A stretch of 64,000 bases of DNA, taken from NCBI GenBank assembly GCA_036503335.1, contig DASXXC010000248.1, positions 11,748-75,747 on the forward strand. The letters run 5' to 3'. The notes below the pieces were generated by a model that saw only the letters and a program-made list of their open reading frames with translations, was not told where the DNA came from and did not search any database. The stretch's first letter is position 1. Each line of letters opens with the position of its first letter. The DNA is from Thermoanaerobaculia bacterium. Lineage in GTDB: Bacteria > Acidobacteriota > Thermoanaerobaculia > Multivoradales > UBA5704. Shown here in pieces: positions 26,055-35,445 of the stretch. Made by a program: the position numbers and the translations under genes.

Positions 26055-27817
26055 CACGTCCGGCGGATCACCACGTCCCCGAGCACCAGCCGGTCCATGC
26101 GGGTGCGCAGGAAGCAGTCGAGCGCCTCGGCGGGGGTGTTGACGATCGGCTCGTTCTCGTTGAACGAGGTGTTGAGCACCATGGGGACGCCGGTGCGGCG
26201 CTCGAAGGCGGAGATCAGCTTCCAGTAGCGGGGGTTGGCCCGCCGGGAGACGGTCTGGAGGCGGCCGGTGCCGTCGACGTGGGTCACCGCCGGGACGAGC
26301 GGCCGCTTCTCCGGCCGGATCGGGTAGACCTTGATCATGAACGGATCGGGGTAGTCGATGGTGAACCAGTCGCCCGTCCGTTCCTCCAGCACCGAGGGGG
26401 CGAACGGGCGGAAGGACTCCCGGCGCTTGATCTTGAGGTTGAGGACGTCCTTCATATCCGCACGCCGCGGGTCGGCCAGGATGGAGCGGTTGCCGAGAGC
26501 GCGGGGCCCCCACTCCGAGCGCCCCTGATACCAGCCGACCACGTCCCCCTGCGCGATCGATTCGGCGGTACGGTCCGCCAGGGCCTCCTCGTCGCGCACC
26601 GTCTCGACGTGGAATTCCCCCCAGGCGCCGTCCAGGCCGCCGGAGCCGGGGATCGCCGTCGCGAGCGCCCGGCGGATCTCGTCCTCGCCGTAGGCCGGGC
26701 CCCAGTAGGAGTGCTCCATCACGAAGCCGTTCCGCGGCGCTCCCAGCACGGCGTGATGGACGTAGAGCGCCGCGCCGAGCGAGGTGCCGGCGTCCCCGGC
26801 GGCGGACTGGATGAAGACGTCCTCCACATCGGTCCTCTCGAACAGCCTGCCGTTGGCGAGCGAGTTCATGGCGCAGCCGCCCGCGAGGGCCAGGCGCTTG
26901 AGGCCGGTGCGGCGCTGGAGGGCATTCACCAGGGCGAAGAAGCGGTCCTCATAGACCTTCTGGAGGGAGGCGGCGAGGTCCTTGTGGCGCTGGGTCAGCT
27001 CCTCGTCCGGCCGGCGTGGCGGGCCCAGGAGCTCCGCGAGCGCCGGGGTGTAGATCAGCCCCAGCTCCGGCGAGCCGTCCTCCCAGGTCATGTCCACCCC
27101 CTCGGAGAGGTGGCGGAAGTAGCGCAGGTCGAGGGCGAAGGTGCCGTCCGGCCGCGGCGGGACCATCCGGCCGACCTGAGCGGCGAGGGAGGGCTCGCCA
27201 TAGGCCGCGAGGCCCATCACCTTGTACTCGTCGCCGAACCCCGGGAAGCCCAGGTGCTGGGTGACCGCCGTGTAGAAGAGGCCGAGCGAGTGGGGGAAAT
27301 GGACCCGGTCGAGCACCTCGATCGCGTTGCCGCGCCCCACCGCCATCATGGTCGAGACGAAGTCGCCGAAGCCGTCCACCGTCAGGCACATCGCCTCCTC
27401 GAACGGCGAGCAGTAGAAGGCGGACGCCACGTGGGCCAGGTGGTGCTCGACCGGATGGAGAGCCGGGGCCGGGCCGCCGAGGGAGGCGGAGAGGCGATCC
27501 TCCAGGGAGGCCACCTGCCGGAGATTGCGAGCGCGGCCGAGGGCGCGGCGCAGGCTGCGCGGGTGGGAGAGGGCGAGCATCGCCTTGCGCGCCAGATAGG
27601 CCCGGGGCTGCCGGGCCACGGCGAGGGCGGTCACCGCCGCGAGATCGCCGCCGGTCATCTCCTCCAGGCAGAAGCGGATCGAGAGCTCGGGGAAGCCCGC
27701 CCAGTGCTTGATCCGGCGGAAGCGCTCCTCCTCGACCCCGGCCACGAAGCGGCCGTCCACCACCGCCGCGGCCGAGGCGTCCGCGTGATAGACCGAAAGG
27801 CCCAGAACCCGGCTCAC
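26054..27817 (-). CDS. carbamoyltransferase (NodU/CmcH family)
   Basis: 587 aa: VLGLSVYHADASAAAVVDGRFVAGVEEERFRRIKHWAGFP, GGCAMNS, and a C-terminal Carbam_trans_C-like region (LNTSFNENEPIV). Confidence 0.92.
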   Translation of the reverse strand: MSRVLGLSVYHADASAAAVVDGRFVAGVEEERFRRIKHWAGFPELSIRFCLEEMTGGDLAAVTALAVARQPRAYLARKAMLALSHPRSLRRALGRARNLRQVASLEDRLSASLGGPAPALHPVEHHLAHVASAFYCSPFEEAMCLTVDGFGDFVSTMMAVGRGNAIEVLDRVHFPHSLGLFYTAVTQHLGFPGFGDEYKVMGLAAYGEPSLAAQVGRMVPPRPDGTFALDLRYFRHLSEGVDMTWEDGSPELGLIYTPALAELLGPPRRPDEELTQRHKDLAASLQKVYEDRFFALVNALQRRTGLKRLALAGGCAMNSLANGRLFERTDVEDVFIQSAAGDAGTSLGAALYVHHAVLGAPRNGFVMEHSYWGPAYGEDEIRRALATAIPGSGGLDGAWGEFHVETVRDEEALADRTAESIAQGDVVGWYQGRSEWGPRALGNRSILADPRRADMKDVLNLKIKRRESFRPFAPSVLEERTGDWFTIDYPDPFMIKVYPIRPEKRPLVPAVTHVDGTGRLQTVSRRANPRYWKLISAFERRTGVPMVLNTSFNENEPIVNTPAEALDCFLRTRMDRLVLGDVVIRRT

Positions 27818-28671
27818 CGCCCCTCCTCTTTGATCAGCTCTTCCAGCCGGATGTCCACGATCAGCCGGAACCAGAAGGCCTGGAGGAAATGGAAGACGAA
27901 TCCCGTCTTGCCGTCCAGGATGCCGAGCAGGAAGAAGTACCGGTAGAGGAAGTACAGCGTGGGACGGACAAACAGGGGCATGCGGTAGTAGAGCGACTTC
28001 ATCCAGAGGATTCTCTCGTCCGGGGTCCCGAGCAGGCGGGGGGCCGTCTTCCAGGGGATGTCCCCGCGGCGGCGCTCGAATTCTTCCCGGGCGAACGCCT
28101 CAGCATAACGGAGATGCTTCTGAAGATAGAACTGGATCGAGTCCTCCTTGACGTTCCATTCCTCCAGGGGCGCCCGCAGGCGGCCGACCGGGCCGCGCAC
28201 GTAGACGCGGGTGTCCTGCTCGACCGGGTCGAGCCCGGAGCGGCTGCGCCGGAAGAGCTTCAGCAGGACCTTGCCGCCGTACCCCCCGAAGCGCAGAGGC
28301 TTGCCGCGGAAGATCTGCCGGCGGCGGATGTAGAAGCCGTCCTCGCGGACCGCGTCCGGCCGGGCGAGCAGGGCCGCGATCTCCTCCCGGAGCTCGGGCG
28401 TCACCGCCTGATCGGCCTCCAGGATCAGCACCCAGTCGTTGCGCAGGGGGAGGTTGTCGAGCCCCCACTGGAAGATCCAGGGGATGATCCGGCTGTGGTC
28501 GTAGGCCAGGGTGTGGACCTCGGCGTACTGGCGGGCGATCTCGACCGTGCGGTCCGTGCTCTCGGAGTCGAGCACGAAGATCTGGTCGGCGAAGCCGTGG
28601 ACGCTGCGCAGGCAGCGCTCGACGTTCGCCTCCTCGTTGCGGGTGGTGACCAGGACCGACAGCGGGATCAT
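27814..28671 (-). CDS. glycosyltransferase, GT2
   Basis: Start at ATG 28671 (MIPLSVLVTTRNEEANVERCL). Contains DSESTDRT and a DxD-like EAD. Overlaps the upstream stop as ATGA. Confidence 0.9.
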   Translation of the reverse strand: MIPLSVLVTTRNEEANVERCLRSVHGFADQIFVLDSESTDRTVEIARQYAEVHTLAYDHSRIIPWIFQWGLDNLPLRNDWVLILEADQAVTPELREEIAALLARPDAVREDGFYIRRRQIFRGKPLRFGGYGGKVLLKLFRRSRSGLDPVEQDTRVYVRGPVGRLRAPLEEWNVKEDSIQFYLQKHLRYAEAFAREEFERRRGDIPWKTAPRLLGTPDERILWMKSLYYRMPLFVRPTLYFLYRYFFLLGILDGKTGFVFHFLQAFWFRLIVDIRLEELIKEEGR

Positions 28672-29792
28672 GGCGCCACGCTCTCCGCGGCCCGCAGGAG
28701 GTTGCGCCAGGTGGCGGCGTAGTCCCAACGAGACAGGATGGCGGCGCTCCGCTGTCGGACCCGTTCCGGGTCGAGCGCCAGCGCCTCGCCGATCCGGTGG
28801 GCCAGCCTCTCGGGATCGCCGGCCGGGTAGACGAAGCCGTTGCCGTCGGCCTCGATCAGGTCGTATCCCGCTCCCACCCGCGAGGAGGCGACCACGGGGA
28901 GCCCGCAGGCGAGCGCCTCCTGCACCGAGACCCCCCAGCGCTCCTCCCGGGCCGGATGGACGAAGAGGTCGGCGGCCGCATAGAGGGCCGGCAGATCCGG
29001 GTAGGGAATGTAGCCGGGGAAGCGCGCCCGGGAGAGGCGGCGGGCGAAGTCTTCGAGCGCCGGCCGGGCGGGACCGTCCCCGGCAAGCACGAGCCAGACG
29101 TCCGGGTTCTGGACGCGGACGAAGGCGCGCAGGAGGTCCCAGGGGGCCTCGCGCTCATTGAATTTCGCCAGCCCCAGGACGACCCGGGCCCCGGTGGGCA
29201 CGCCGAGCCGCTCCCGGAAGGCGGCGCGCTCTTCGGGGGAGAGCCGGGAGCGCCCGGCGAAGCTCTCCACGTCCACTGAGTAAGGGAAGAGGCCGGTCCG
29301 CTCGCGCGGCACGCCGAAGGCGCGGAGGTAGTCGAGCGTGAGGCTCCCCACGCCGAGGAAGAGGTCATAGGTCCGTTTCATGTACGTGGCGAAGAGTATC
29401 CGTTTGGCGAGATTCCTGGACCAGGAGGCGTCCCAGAGCACCGAATCGAGCCGCAGGGCGGTGGCGATGCCCGCCCTCTTCGCGACCCGGGCTCCCAGGC
29501 GGTAGAGCGGCTGGGTGTAGCCGTTGGCGATCAGCAGGTCGCACCGCTCGGACGTGAGCCGCTCCGCCAGCCAGCGGCCGGCGCCTTCCGAGGGGCAGAC
29601 CTCATGAGGATAGCCGCCCAGCAGGTCGATCCCCCAGGCGACCGATACCTTGAGCTCGGGATCGAAGACCGGCTCCGCCACGCCGCGCCCGGTGAAGAGC
29701 ACACGGAATTCGTGCTCCGGGTCCCGGGCGGCGAAGCGGTAGAACGGCGCCTCGAACTGCGTCGGGCGTTCGACGAGAAAGGCGATCTTCAA
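28668..29792 (-). CDS. glycosyltransferase, GT4
   Basis: The only in-frame start after the upstream stop is TTG 29792 (LKIAFLVERP), overlapping the TGA of the upstream gene. The C-terminus is EERWGVSVQEALACGLPVVAS. The ORF-track 776-aa version is a shadow extension. Confidence 0.85.
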   Translation of the reverse strand: MKIAFLVERPTQFEAPFYRFAARDPEHEFRVLFTGRGVAEPVFDPELKVSVAWGIDLLGGYPHEVCPSEGAGRWLAERLTSERCDLLIANGYTQPLYRLGARVAKRAGIATALRLDSVLWDASWSRNLAKRILFATYMKRTYDLFLGVGSLTLDYLRAFGVPRERTGLFPYSVDVESFAGRSRLSPEERAAFRERLGVPTGARVVLGLAKFNEREAPWDLLRAFVRVQNPDVWLVLAGDGPARPALEDFARRLSRARFPGYIPYPDLPALYAAADLFVHPAREERWGVSVQEALACGLPVVASSRVGAGYDLIEADGNGFVYPAGDPERLAHRIGEALALDPERVRQRSAAILSRWDYAATWRNLLRAAESVAP

Positions 29793-30931
29793 GCGTGAAT
29801 CCTCGCGTAGATCTCCTCCATCTCGCGCGCCACCGCCGGCCAGCCGAAGCGCTCCCGCACAGCCTTCTCGCCGCGCCGGCCCATCTCGTCGAGCCGGGTG
29901 GGATTGGCGAGGAGATCCTTCAGCGCCTTCCCGAGGTCCCCTTCCAGCACGATCCCGGCTCCGGTCTCGCGGACCGTTCCGGCGAGCCCCACCTCGGGGG
30001 TGACGGCGACCGGCCGTCCCGCCGCCCAGGATTCCAGGATCACGTTGCCGAAGTTCTCCGAGCGGGAGGGGAGGACGAGCGCCGCGGCCCGGTGGAGGAG
30101 CGCCGCCTTGTCCGCCCCGTGGACCGGACCCGGGAAACGGACCCGGCCGGAATCTCCGGCCAGGCGCTCCAGATCCGGCCGGAGAGCCTCCTCGTCGTTG
30201 CCGGCTACGGCGAGCACGGCGTTGGGGACGGAGGACAGGGCAGGGATCAGCCGGTCGAGCCCCTTCTTCCAGGAGAGGCGCCCCAGGAAGAGGAGGAACG
30301 GCGGGCCTTCCACGATCTCGCGGACCGGCTTCGAGAGCGCGCTGAGGTCCCCGTCCCAGGGCTCGGGATCGATCCCGTTCGGTACCACGGCCACGGGCGG
30401 CAGAGGGAAGCCCAGCCGGGCCGCCTCCTCCGCTTCGAGGGCGCTCGTGGCGTGGAGGACCGCGGCCCTCTCGATCGTCCGGCGCTCGGCCAGGGCCATC
30501 CAGGCGAGCTTGCGCCAGCGCCCACGCTCCCGGATCAGATCCGGCACCAGCATCCCTCGCGGCGAGAGGACGTAGGGGACGTCCGCCCGCTCGGCGGCCC
30601 GCGCCACGGCCGAGGTGGGCCAGAGGAAGACCGAATGGAGGTGGACGGCGTCGGAGCGCCCCACCTCCGTTCGCGCCGCCTCGGCCAGCTCCGGGGCCCA
30701 GTAGAGACGGCGGAGGGAGCGCACCGGGAAGTAGCGGACCTCGACGCCGTCGATCCCCACCGGCCGGCCGAGAGGGACGTCGAGGGACCCGTTCCCATGG
30801 ACGTCCGTCGTGAGGACGGTCACCTCGTGCCCCCGCGCCGCCAACGCCTTGCAGAGACCGTGGACGGCCAGGATCGGGCCGCCGTGGCGCCAGGCCGGGA
30901 GATAGGTCGGGACCACGTGGAGGATCTTCAC
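29789..30931 (-). CDS. glycosyltransferase, GT4
   Basis: GTG 30931 (VKILHVVPTYLPAWRHGGP) overlaps the upstream TGA as GTGA. The C-terminus is SRSENFGNVILESWAAGRPVAVT. Confidence 0.85.
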   Translation of the reverse strand: MKILHVVPTYLPAWRHGGPILAVHGLCKALAARGHEVTVLTTDVHGNGSLDVPLGRPVGIDGVEVRYFPVRSLRRLYWAPELAEAARTEVGRSDAVHLHSVFLWPTSAVARAAERADVPYVLSPRGMLVPDLIRERGRWRKLAWMALAERRTIERAAVLHATSALEAEEAARLGFPLPPVAVVPNGIDPEPWDGDLSALSKPVREIVEGPPFLLFLGRLSWKKGLDRLIPALSSVPNAVLAVAGNDEEALRPDLERLAGDSGRVRFPGPVHGADKAALLHRAAALVLPSRSENFGNVILESWAAGRPVAVTPEVGLAGTVRETGAGIVLEGDLGKALKDLLANPTRLDEMGRRGEKAVRERFGWPAVAREMEEIYARIHA

Positions 30932-32040
30932 AGGATCTCTCGCAGGAGCTCGGCGAGCCGCTGGTGGTAGGCCGGCCAGGTGGCGGCTTCCGCGGCACGC
31001 CGGCACTCCGCTCCCAGCGCCCGGACCGCCTCCGGGTGAGCGGCGCACCAGGCCATCCTCTCCGCCAGGGCCTCGGCGTCCCCCACCGGCACGATCCAGC
31101 CGGTCTTCCCCTCGCTCACCAGGTCCTTCGATCCCACCATCCCGGAGACGAGCACCGGGGTCCCCGAGGCCAGCGCCTCGGTGACCACCATGCCGTAGGA
31201 GTCGTTGCGCGAGGGGAGCACCAGCACGTCGGCCCGCCGGAGCTCCGCCGCCAGCGCCGGCTGGGGCAGGGGGCCGAGGACCTCGATCCCTTCCGTGCCG
31301 CGCCGGTCGAGCAGGTGGGCGGCGTCGCCGCGCGGCCCGGCGAGGCGGAGGCGGACGGCCGGGTTCGCCGCCCGTACCCGGTCGAACGCCTCCAGCAGCA
31401 GGTCGAACCCCTTGCGGTGGATCGTGGCGCCGGAGAAGAGGAAGACGAGGTCCCCGGTCTTGGGGGCCCCATCCGGCGAGAACAGCTCCAGGTCGGCCCC
31501 CAGGGGCACGGCGTGGACCTTCTCCGGCGGCACCCCCGCCTCCAGATAGGTCTCCCGGGCCAGCTCCGAGACGGTCAGGATGTGATCGGCGAGCGCGATC
31601 TCCTCGTCCTTGACCGCCACGATCCGGCGGTGGAGGGACGGCGAGTCGGTGGTCCCGTGCAGGCGGTCCTGGGCGGCGTGGTGGATCGACGGCGCGTCGA
31701 GGAGCGTGGCGATCCCCCGCCGATGCGCCTCCCGGAAGGTCGAGAGGGCGGAGATCTCGCAGGCGATCACGGCGCCGGCGCCGCTCCTCCGCAGCCCCCG
31801 GGCGGCCCAGCGGTCGAACAGCCTGCAGGCGGCGTAGTCGGACCAGGGGCCCGCCCGCCGCAGGGCCGGGGTCCAGGGGAACCAGCGCGTGAGCCGCCGC
31901 TCGAGGGGCACCGGAGCGTAGCGCCGGAGCCCGGACGCCGGCACCCCCGACCAGTAGCCGGCGAGCATCCCCGCCTTCTGGAGCGCCAGCGCGGCCTGGT
32001 GCGAGTGCTGGCGGCCGGGGTGGGTGATCAGGACCTTCAT
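30928..32040 (-). CDS. glycosyltransferase, GT4
   Basis: MKVLITHPGRQHSHQAALAL, with C-terminus SRNDSYGMVVTEALASGTPVLVS. Confidence 0.85.
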   Translation of the reverse strand: MKVLITHPGRQHSHQAALALQKAGMLAGYWSGVPASGLRRYAPVPLERRLTRWFPWTPALRRAGPWSDYAACRLFDRWAARGLRRSGAGAVIACEISALSTFREAHRRGIATLLDAPSIHHAAQDRLHGTTDSPSLHRRIVAVKDEEIALADHILTVSELARETYLEAGVPPEKVHAVPLGADLELFSPDGAPKTGDLVFLFSGATIHRKGFDLLLEAFDRVRAANPAVRLRLAGPRGDAAHLLDRRGTEGIEVLGPLPQPALAAELRRADVLVLPSRNDSYGMVVTEALASGTPVLVSGMVGSKDLVSEGKTGWIVPVGDAEALAERMAWCAAHPEAVRALGAECRRAAEAATWPAYHQRLAELLREIL

Positions 32041-33464
32041 CGCGCCACCGGCAGGGCCGGCTTCGGGAGCGGCTCCGGCGCCGCCGGCCGTTGGGCCGCC
32101 GCGGCCCGGGCGGCCTTCCGGACGGCCTCGCGGTCGAGCCGGATCGCCAGCATCAGGAGGCCGACGAAGAACCAGTAGTAGAAGTCGGAGGTCACGTCGA
32201 AGACCGCGCCCCCGGGGAGGGCGGTGAGGAAGAAGAGGAAGCTCGCGATGGCCAGCGCGCGGTGGAAGCGGGTGCGCAGCGCCAGGACCTGGCGGAAGGC
32301 GAAGACCGCGAGGTAGACGCGGACGAAGTAGACGAGGAGGAACCCGATCGGCCCCAGCTCCAGCATGATCCGGCCGCTCTCGACCTCCACGTTGAGCCCA
32401 TGGAGCCAGCTGTAGGGCACCAGATTGGGCGCCAGGGTGGCGGCGGTCTGGTGGGTCGAGCCGATGCCGAAGCCGAGGAGGCCCACGTCGGGGAGGAGCA
32501 GATAGGGGGAGAGGATCGGGGAGGCGACGCGGGTGGGCACGTCCCCACCGCCCGCGGCCCGGCCCAGGAAGGCGTCGATCGCCTTCTGGCCCGTGGCCGT
32601 GGAGTACATGGCCAGCGCCACCAGGGTAAGGGCGACCAGCAGGCGGCCGAAGGCGGCGCCGCCCCCCCGCTCACGGATCACCCCCAGCCACCAGTAGAGC
32701 GGGAAGAGCACGGCGAGGAACAGCACCGGTGCCCGCGAGCCGCTCATCAGCATGCCCAGGATCGTCATGCCCAGGGCCGCGAACAGGGGCAGATGCCCCC
32801 GGAACCGCCAGAGCCCCGCCCCCAGGAGGGCCAGGATGAGGATGGCGGTCGCCAGCAGGTAGGTGGTGAAGCCGGTGATGAAGGAGAAGGTCGACGTCAC
32901 CCGCACGTAGGCCGAGCTGCCGAAGGTGGCCACGTAGGCGTCCTCGCCGCTCCGCGCGTAGGTGTTGAGGACGCTCGACGCCGGGCTGAAGAACTGCGCG
33001 ACGGCCAGCAGGCCCACCGGGATGGCCACCAGGGCGTAGCGCCGCAGGAAGCGGTAGAGCTCCGCGTCGGTGGGAAAGGCGGCCGGCACCACGAAGAGCA
33101 GCGGCACGTAGAAGAAATAGGCCTTGAAGCCGAAGATCCCCACCAGCAGGTTGGGCAGCGCGGGGTTGAAGACCTCCAGCAGGCCGATCAGGGCGGAGGC
33201 CGCCAGCACGCCGTAGAGGGCGGGCAGGGCCGGCAGCCGCAGGCGCAGCCGGGGGCGGTCGCGGAAGAACCCCAGATAGGCCCCCAGGAGCAGGACGTCC
33301 TTGGCGAAGTAGACCAGGTCCTGGGCGCCGGGGAAGACCCACTTGCGGATCGCCCCCTCGAAGATCATCAGGAAGAGGGCGTACTGGACGGCGGTGCGCC
33401 AGCGCCGGAAGGCCCAGACCGCCGCGGCGCCGCCGGCGAGGACGATGAGGAGCCGGATATTCAT
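32037..33464 (-). CDS. O-antigen ligase/polymerase-family membrane protein (Wzy-like)
   Basis: Start at ATG 33464 (MNIRLLIVLAGG). There are about 10-12 TM segments and a Wzy_C-like loop (LMSGSRAPVLFLAV). The ORF-track N-terminal 273 aa is a shadow extension over the upstream GT4 gene. Confidence 0.85.
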   Translation of the reverse strand: MNIRLLIVLAGGAAAVWAFRRWRTAVQYALFLMIFEGAIRKWVFPGAQDLVYFAKDVLLLGAYLGFFRDRPRLRLRLPALPALYGVLAASALIGLLEVFNPALPNLLVGIFGFKAYFFYVPLLFVVPAAFPTDAELYRFLRRYALVAIPVGLLAVAQFFSPASSVLNTYARSGEDAYVATFGSSAYVRVTSTFSFITGFTTYLLATAILILALLGAGLWRFRGHLPLFAALGMTILGMLMSGSRAPVLFLAVLFPLYWWLGVIRERGGGAAFGRLLVALTLVALAMYSTATGQKAIDAFLGRAAGGGDVPTRVASPILSPYLLLPDVGLLGFGIGSTHQTAATLAPNLVPYSWLHGLNVEVESGRIMLELGPIGFLLVYFVRVYLAVFAFRQVLALRTRFHRALAIASFLFFLTALPGGAVFDVTSDFYYWFFVGLLMLAIRLDREAVRKAARAAAAQRPAAPEPLPKPALPVAR

Positions 33465-34483
33465 CTCCCGGCCCTCCCCACGGCCTCTTCCATCTCCCGC
33501 AGGTAGGCCGCCGCCATCCGGCTCGTGGAGTGGCGGGCGAGGTGGGCCGGACCCTGCTCCAGGCAGGCGGCGTCGAGCTCCGGGTGCCGCAGCCGGTGAG
33601 CGAGCACGCGGGCGAGGTCCGCCGCGTCGCCATTGCGGAAGGTGTCGCCGCAGGGGCCGATCGCCTCCTTGAGGCCTCCCCCTTCGGAGCCCACGACCAC
33701 GCAGCCGCAGGCGATCCCCTCCAGGGCCACGATGCCGAACGGCTCGTTGTAGCGGGAGGGGACGACCAGGATGCGGTGGCGGTTCAGGATCTCCACCAGC
33801 TCCTCCCCCGTGCGGACGCCGAGGAACCGCACCTGCCCGGTGAGACCGAGCCGCGCCGCCTGCTGCCGCAGGGGGACCGCCTCGGGACCGCTGCCGATCA
33901 CATCGAGCCGGGGGCGCAGCCCCTCCCCGGCGAGCAGGGCCAGCGCGTCGAGCAGGAGGTCCATCCCCTTGTCCGAGACCAGGCGGCCCAGGAACACCAG
34001 CTCCTCCGAGCGCTCGACCCCCTCCAGGCGCCGGAAGAGGCCGTCGCGATAGGCATTGGGGATCACCACCGACGGCGTCGCGAGGTCGTTCGCCACCCCC
34101 CGGCTGACGGAGATCGAGGAGGCGGCGAAGCGGAGGAGCCAGCGCTTGAGCCGGTCCCGCCAGGTGATCCGGCCATCGCTCTGGCAGTACCAGCTGTGGT
34201 GGGAGACCACCCAGGGCCGGCGGACCAGCAGCAGGGGCCAGAGGCCGCGCAGGCTGACGTTGGCCTGATGGTACACGTCGCACCAGCGGGTCCAGCGCAG
34301 GAGCTCAACCGGAGAGGGATTGCGGACCACCCGGTAGCCCTGATCCGGGCTGCTCCCCGGCGTGGTGGTGATCACCGTCACCTCGTGGCCCTCCCGCCGG
34401 AGCTCGTCGGCGAGGTTGGCCGTGTTCAGCTCCAGCCCGCCGATCTTCGGCAGGAAGGCGGGGGAGTAGACGAGGATCCTCAT
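33461..34483 (-). CDS. glycosyltransferase, GT4
   Basis: MRILVYSPAFLPKIGGLELNTANLADELRREGHEVTVIT, with SRYNEPFGIVALEGIACGCVVVGS. Confidence 0.9.
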   Translation of the reverse strand: MRILVYSPAFLPKIGGLELNTANLADELRREGHEVTVITTTPGSSPDQGYRVVRNPSPVELLRWTRWCDVYHQANVSLRGLWPLLLVRRPWVVSHHSWYCQSDGRITWRDRLKRWLLRFAASSISVSRGVANDLATPSVVIPNAYRDGLFRRLEGVERSEELVFLGRLVSDKGMDLLLDALALLAGEGLRPRLDVIGSGPEAVPLRQQAARLGLTGQVRFLGVRTGEELVEILNRHRILVVPSRYNEPFGIVALEGIACGCVVVGSEGGGLKEAIGPCGDTFRNGDAADLARVLAHRLRHPELDAACLEQGPAHLARHSTSRMAAAYLREMEEAVGRAGR

Positions 34484-35445
34484 GCCGCCAGGAGCTCCCG
34501 GAAACGCTCCGCCTGCCGCTCCAGCGAATGCCCACGGTACCAGGCGCGGGCCGCCGCGGCGGTCTCCTGGGGATCGCCACCGCTCCAGACCGGGGCCGGG
34601 CCGCCGGCCGGGGAGCGCCGCCGCCAGGCCTGGACCGGCAGCACCCCGTGGGCGCAGTAGGCGGCGAAGATGCTCGACTTGGGGAGGAAGTAGGCCGGAT
34701 AGGCCACGAAGCCGGCCAGCGAGCCGAGCAGCAGGCGGCCGACCTCGGCGGCGGGCAGCACGCCCAGCCTCCGGATCGGGATGCCGTCCACCGTCTCCTC
34801 CGTCCCCTCCAGGGGCGGTCCCACGTCGGCGATCTCCTCGACCCCCAGGCTCCGGCAGGCTTCCACGAGATCGCGCCTCGCCTCGCCGTAGGCCCGGCCG
34901 CGGGCGCCACGGCCGCCGAAGAGGACCATCCGCCGGGCGCGGGCGCTCAAAGGGGGGACCTCCGGCGGCTCGCCCACGGTGGAGAAGACGGGGGTCACCG
35001 AGGTCTTCCCCGGCGCCGCCGCCGGACCGATCCGGTGGACGTAGAGGTCGAGGCTGGTGACCAGGGCGTCGCTCGCCCGCGCCACCGCCGCCGCGATCCG
35101 TTGCTGGAAGGGCTGGGTCCAGAAGGAGCTCCGCCAGGGAGGGCCGGTGGCGTAGACCTCGTGGAACACCGTGACCAGCCGGCGACCCCCGCGGCGGCGC
35201 CAGCGGCGGAGCGCCCCGGGCATCCAGAACGGGCAGCCGCGGCGCTGGTAGCCGTAGTTGGCGTAGTGGAGCAGGAGGGCCTCCTCCTCCGACTCCTCCA
35301 GGCTCGGGATAAGCCCACCCTCCGCGGTCAGAAAGCGGGTGGAGATCCCGTGCCCGGCCAGGGCCCGCTCCAGGCAGAGAGCGTAGCTGCCGACCCCCTC
35401 CTCGGGCGGGGGGAGGCGCGGCACGATCTGGAGGAGGCTCACCAT
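34480..35445 (-). CDS. divergent GT-B-like protein (family unassigned)
   Basis: Start at ATG 35445 (MVSLLQIVPRLPPPEEGVGSYAL). Only loose GT-B features are visible (KSSIFAAYCAHGVLPV). It sits inside the coupled operon. Confidence 0.6.
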   Translation of the reverse strand: MVSLLQIVPRLPPPEEGVGSYALCLERALAGHGISTRFLTAEGGLIPSLEESEEEALLLHYANYGYQRRGCPFWMPGALRRWRRRGGRRLVTVFHEVYATGPPWRSSFWTQPFQQRIAAAVARASDALVTSLDLYVHRIGPAAAPGKTSVTPVFSTVGEPPEVPPLSARARRMVLFGGRGARGRAYGEARRDLVEACRSLGVEEIADVGPPLEGTEETVDGIPIRRLGVLPAAEVGRLLLGSLAGFVAYPAYFLPKSSIFAAYCAHGVLPVQAWRRRSPAGGPAPVWSGGDPQETAAAARAWYRGHSLERQAERFRELLAA

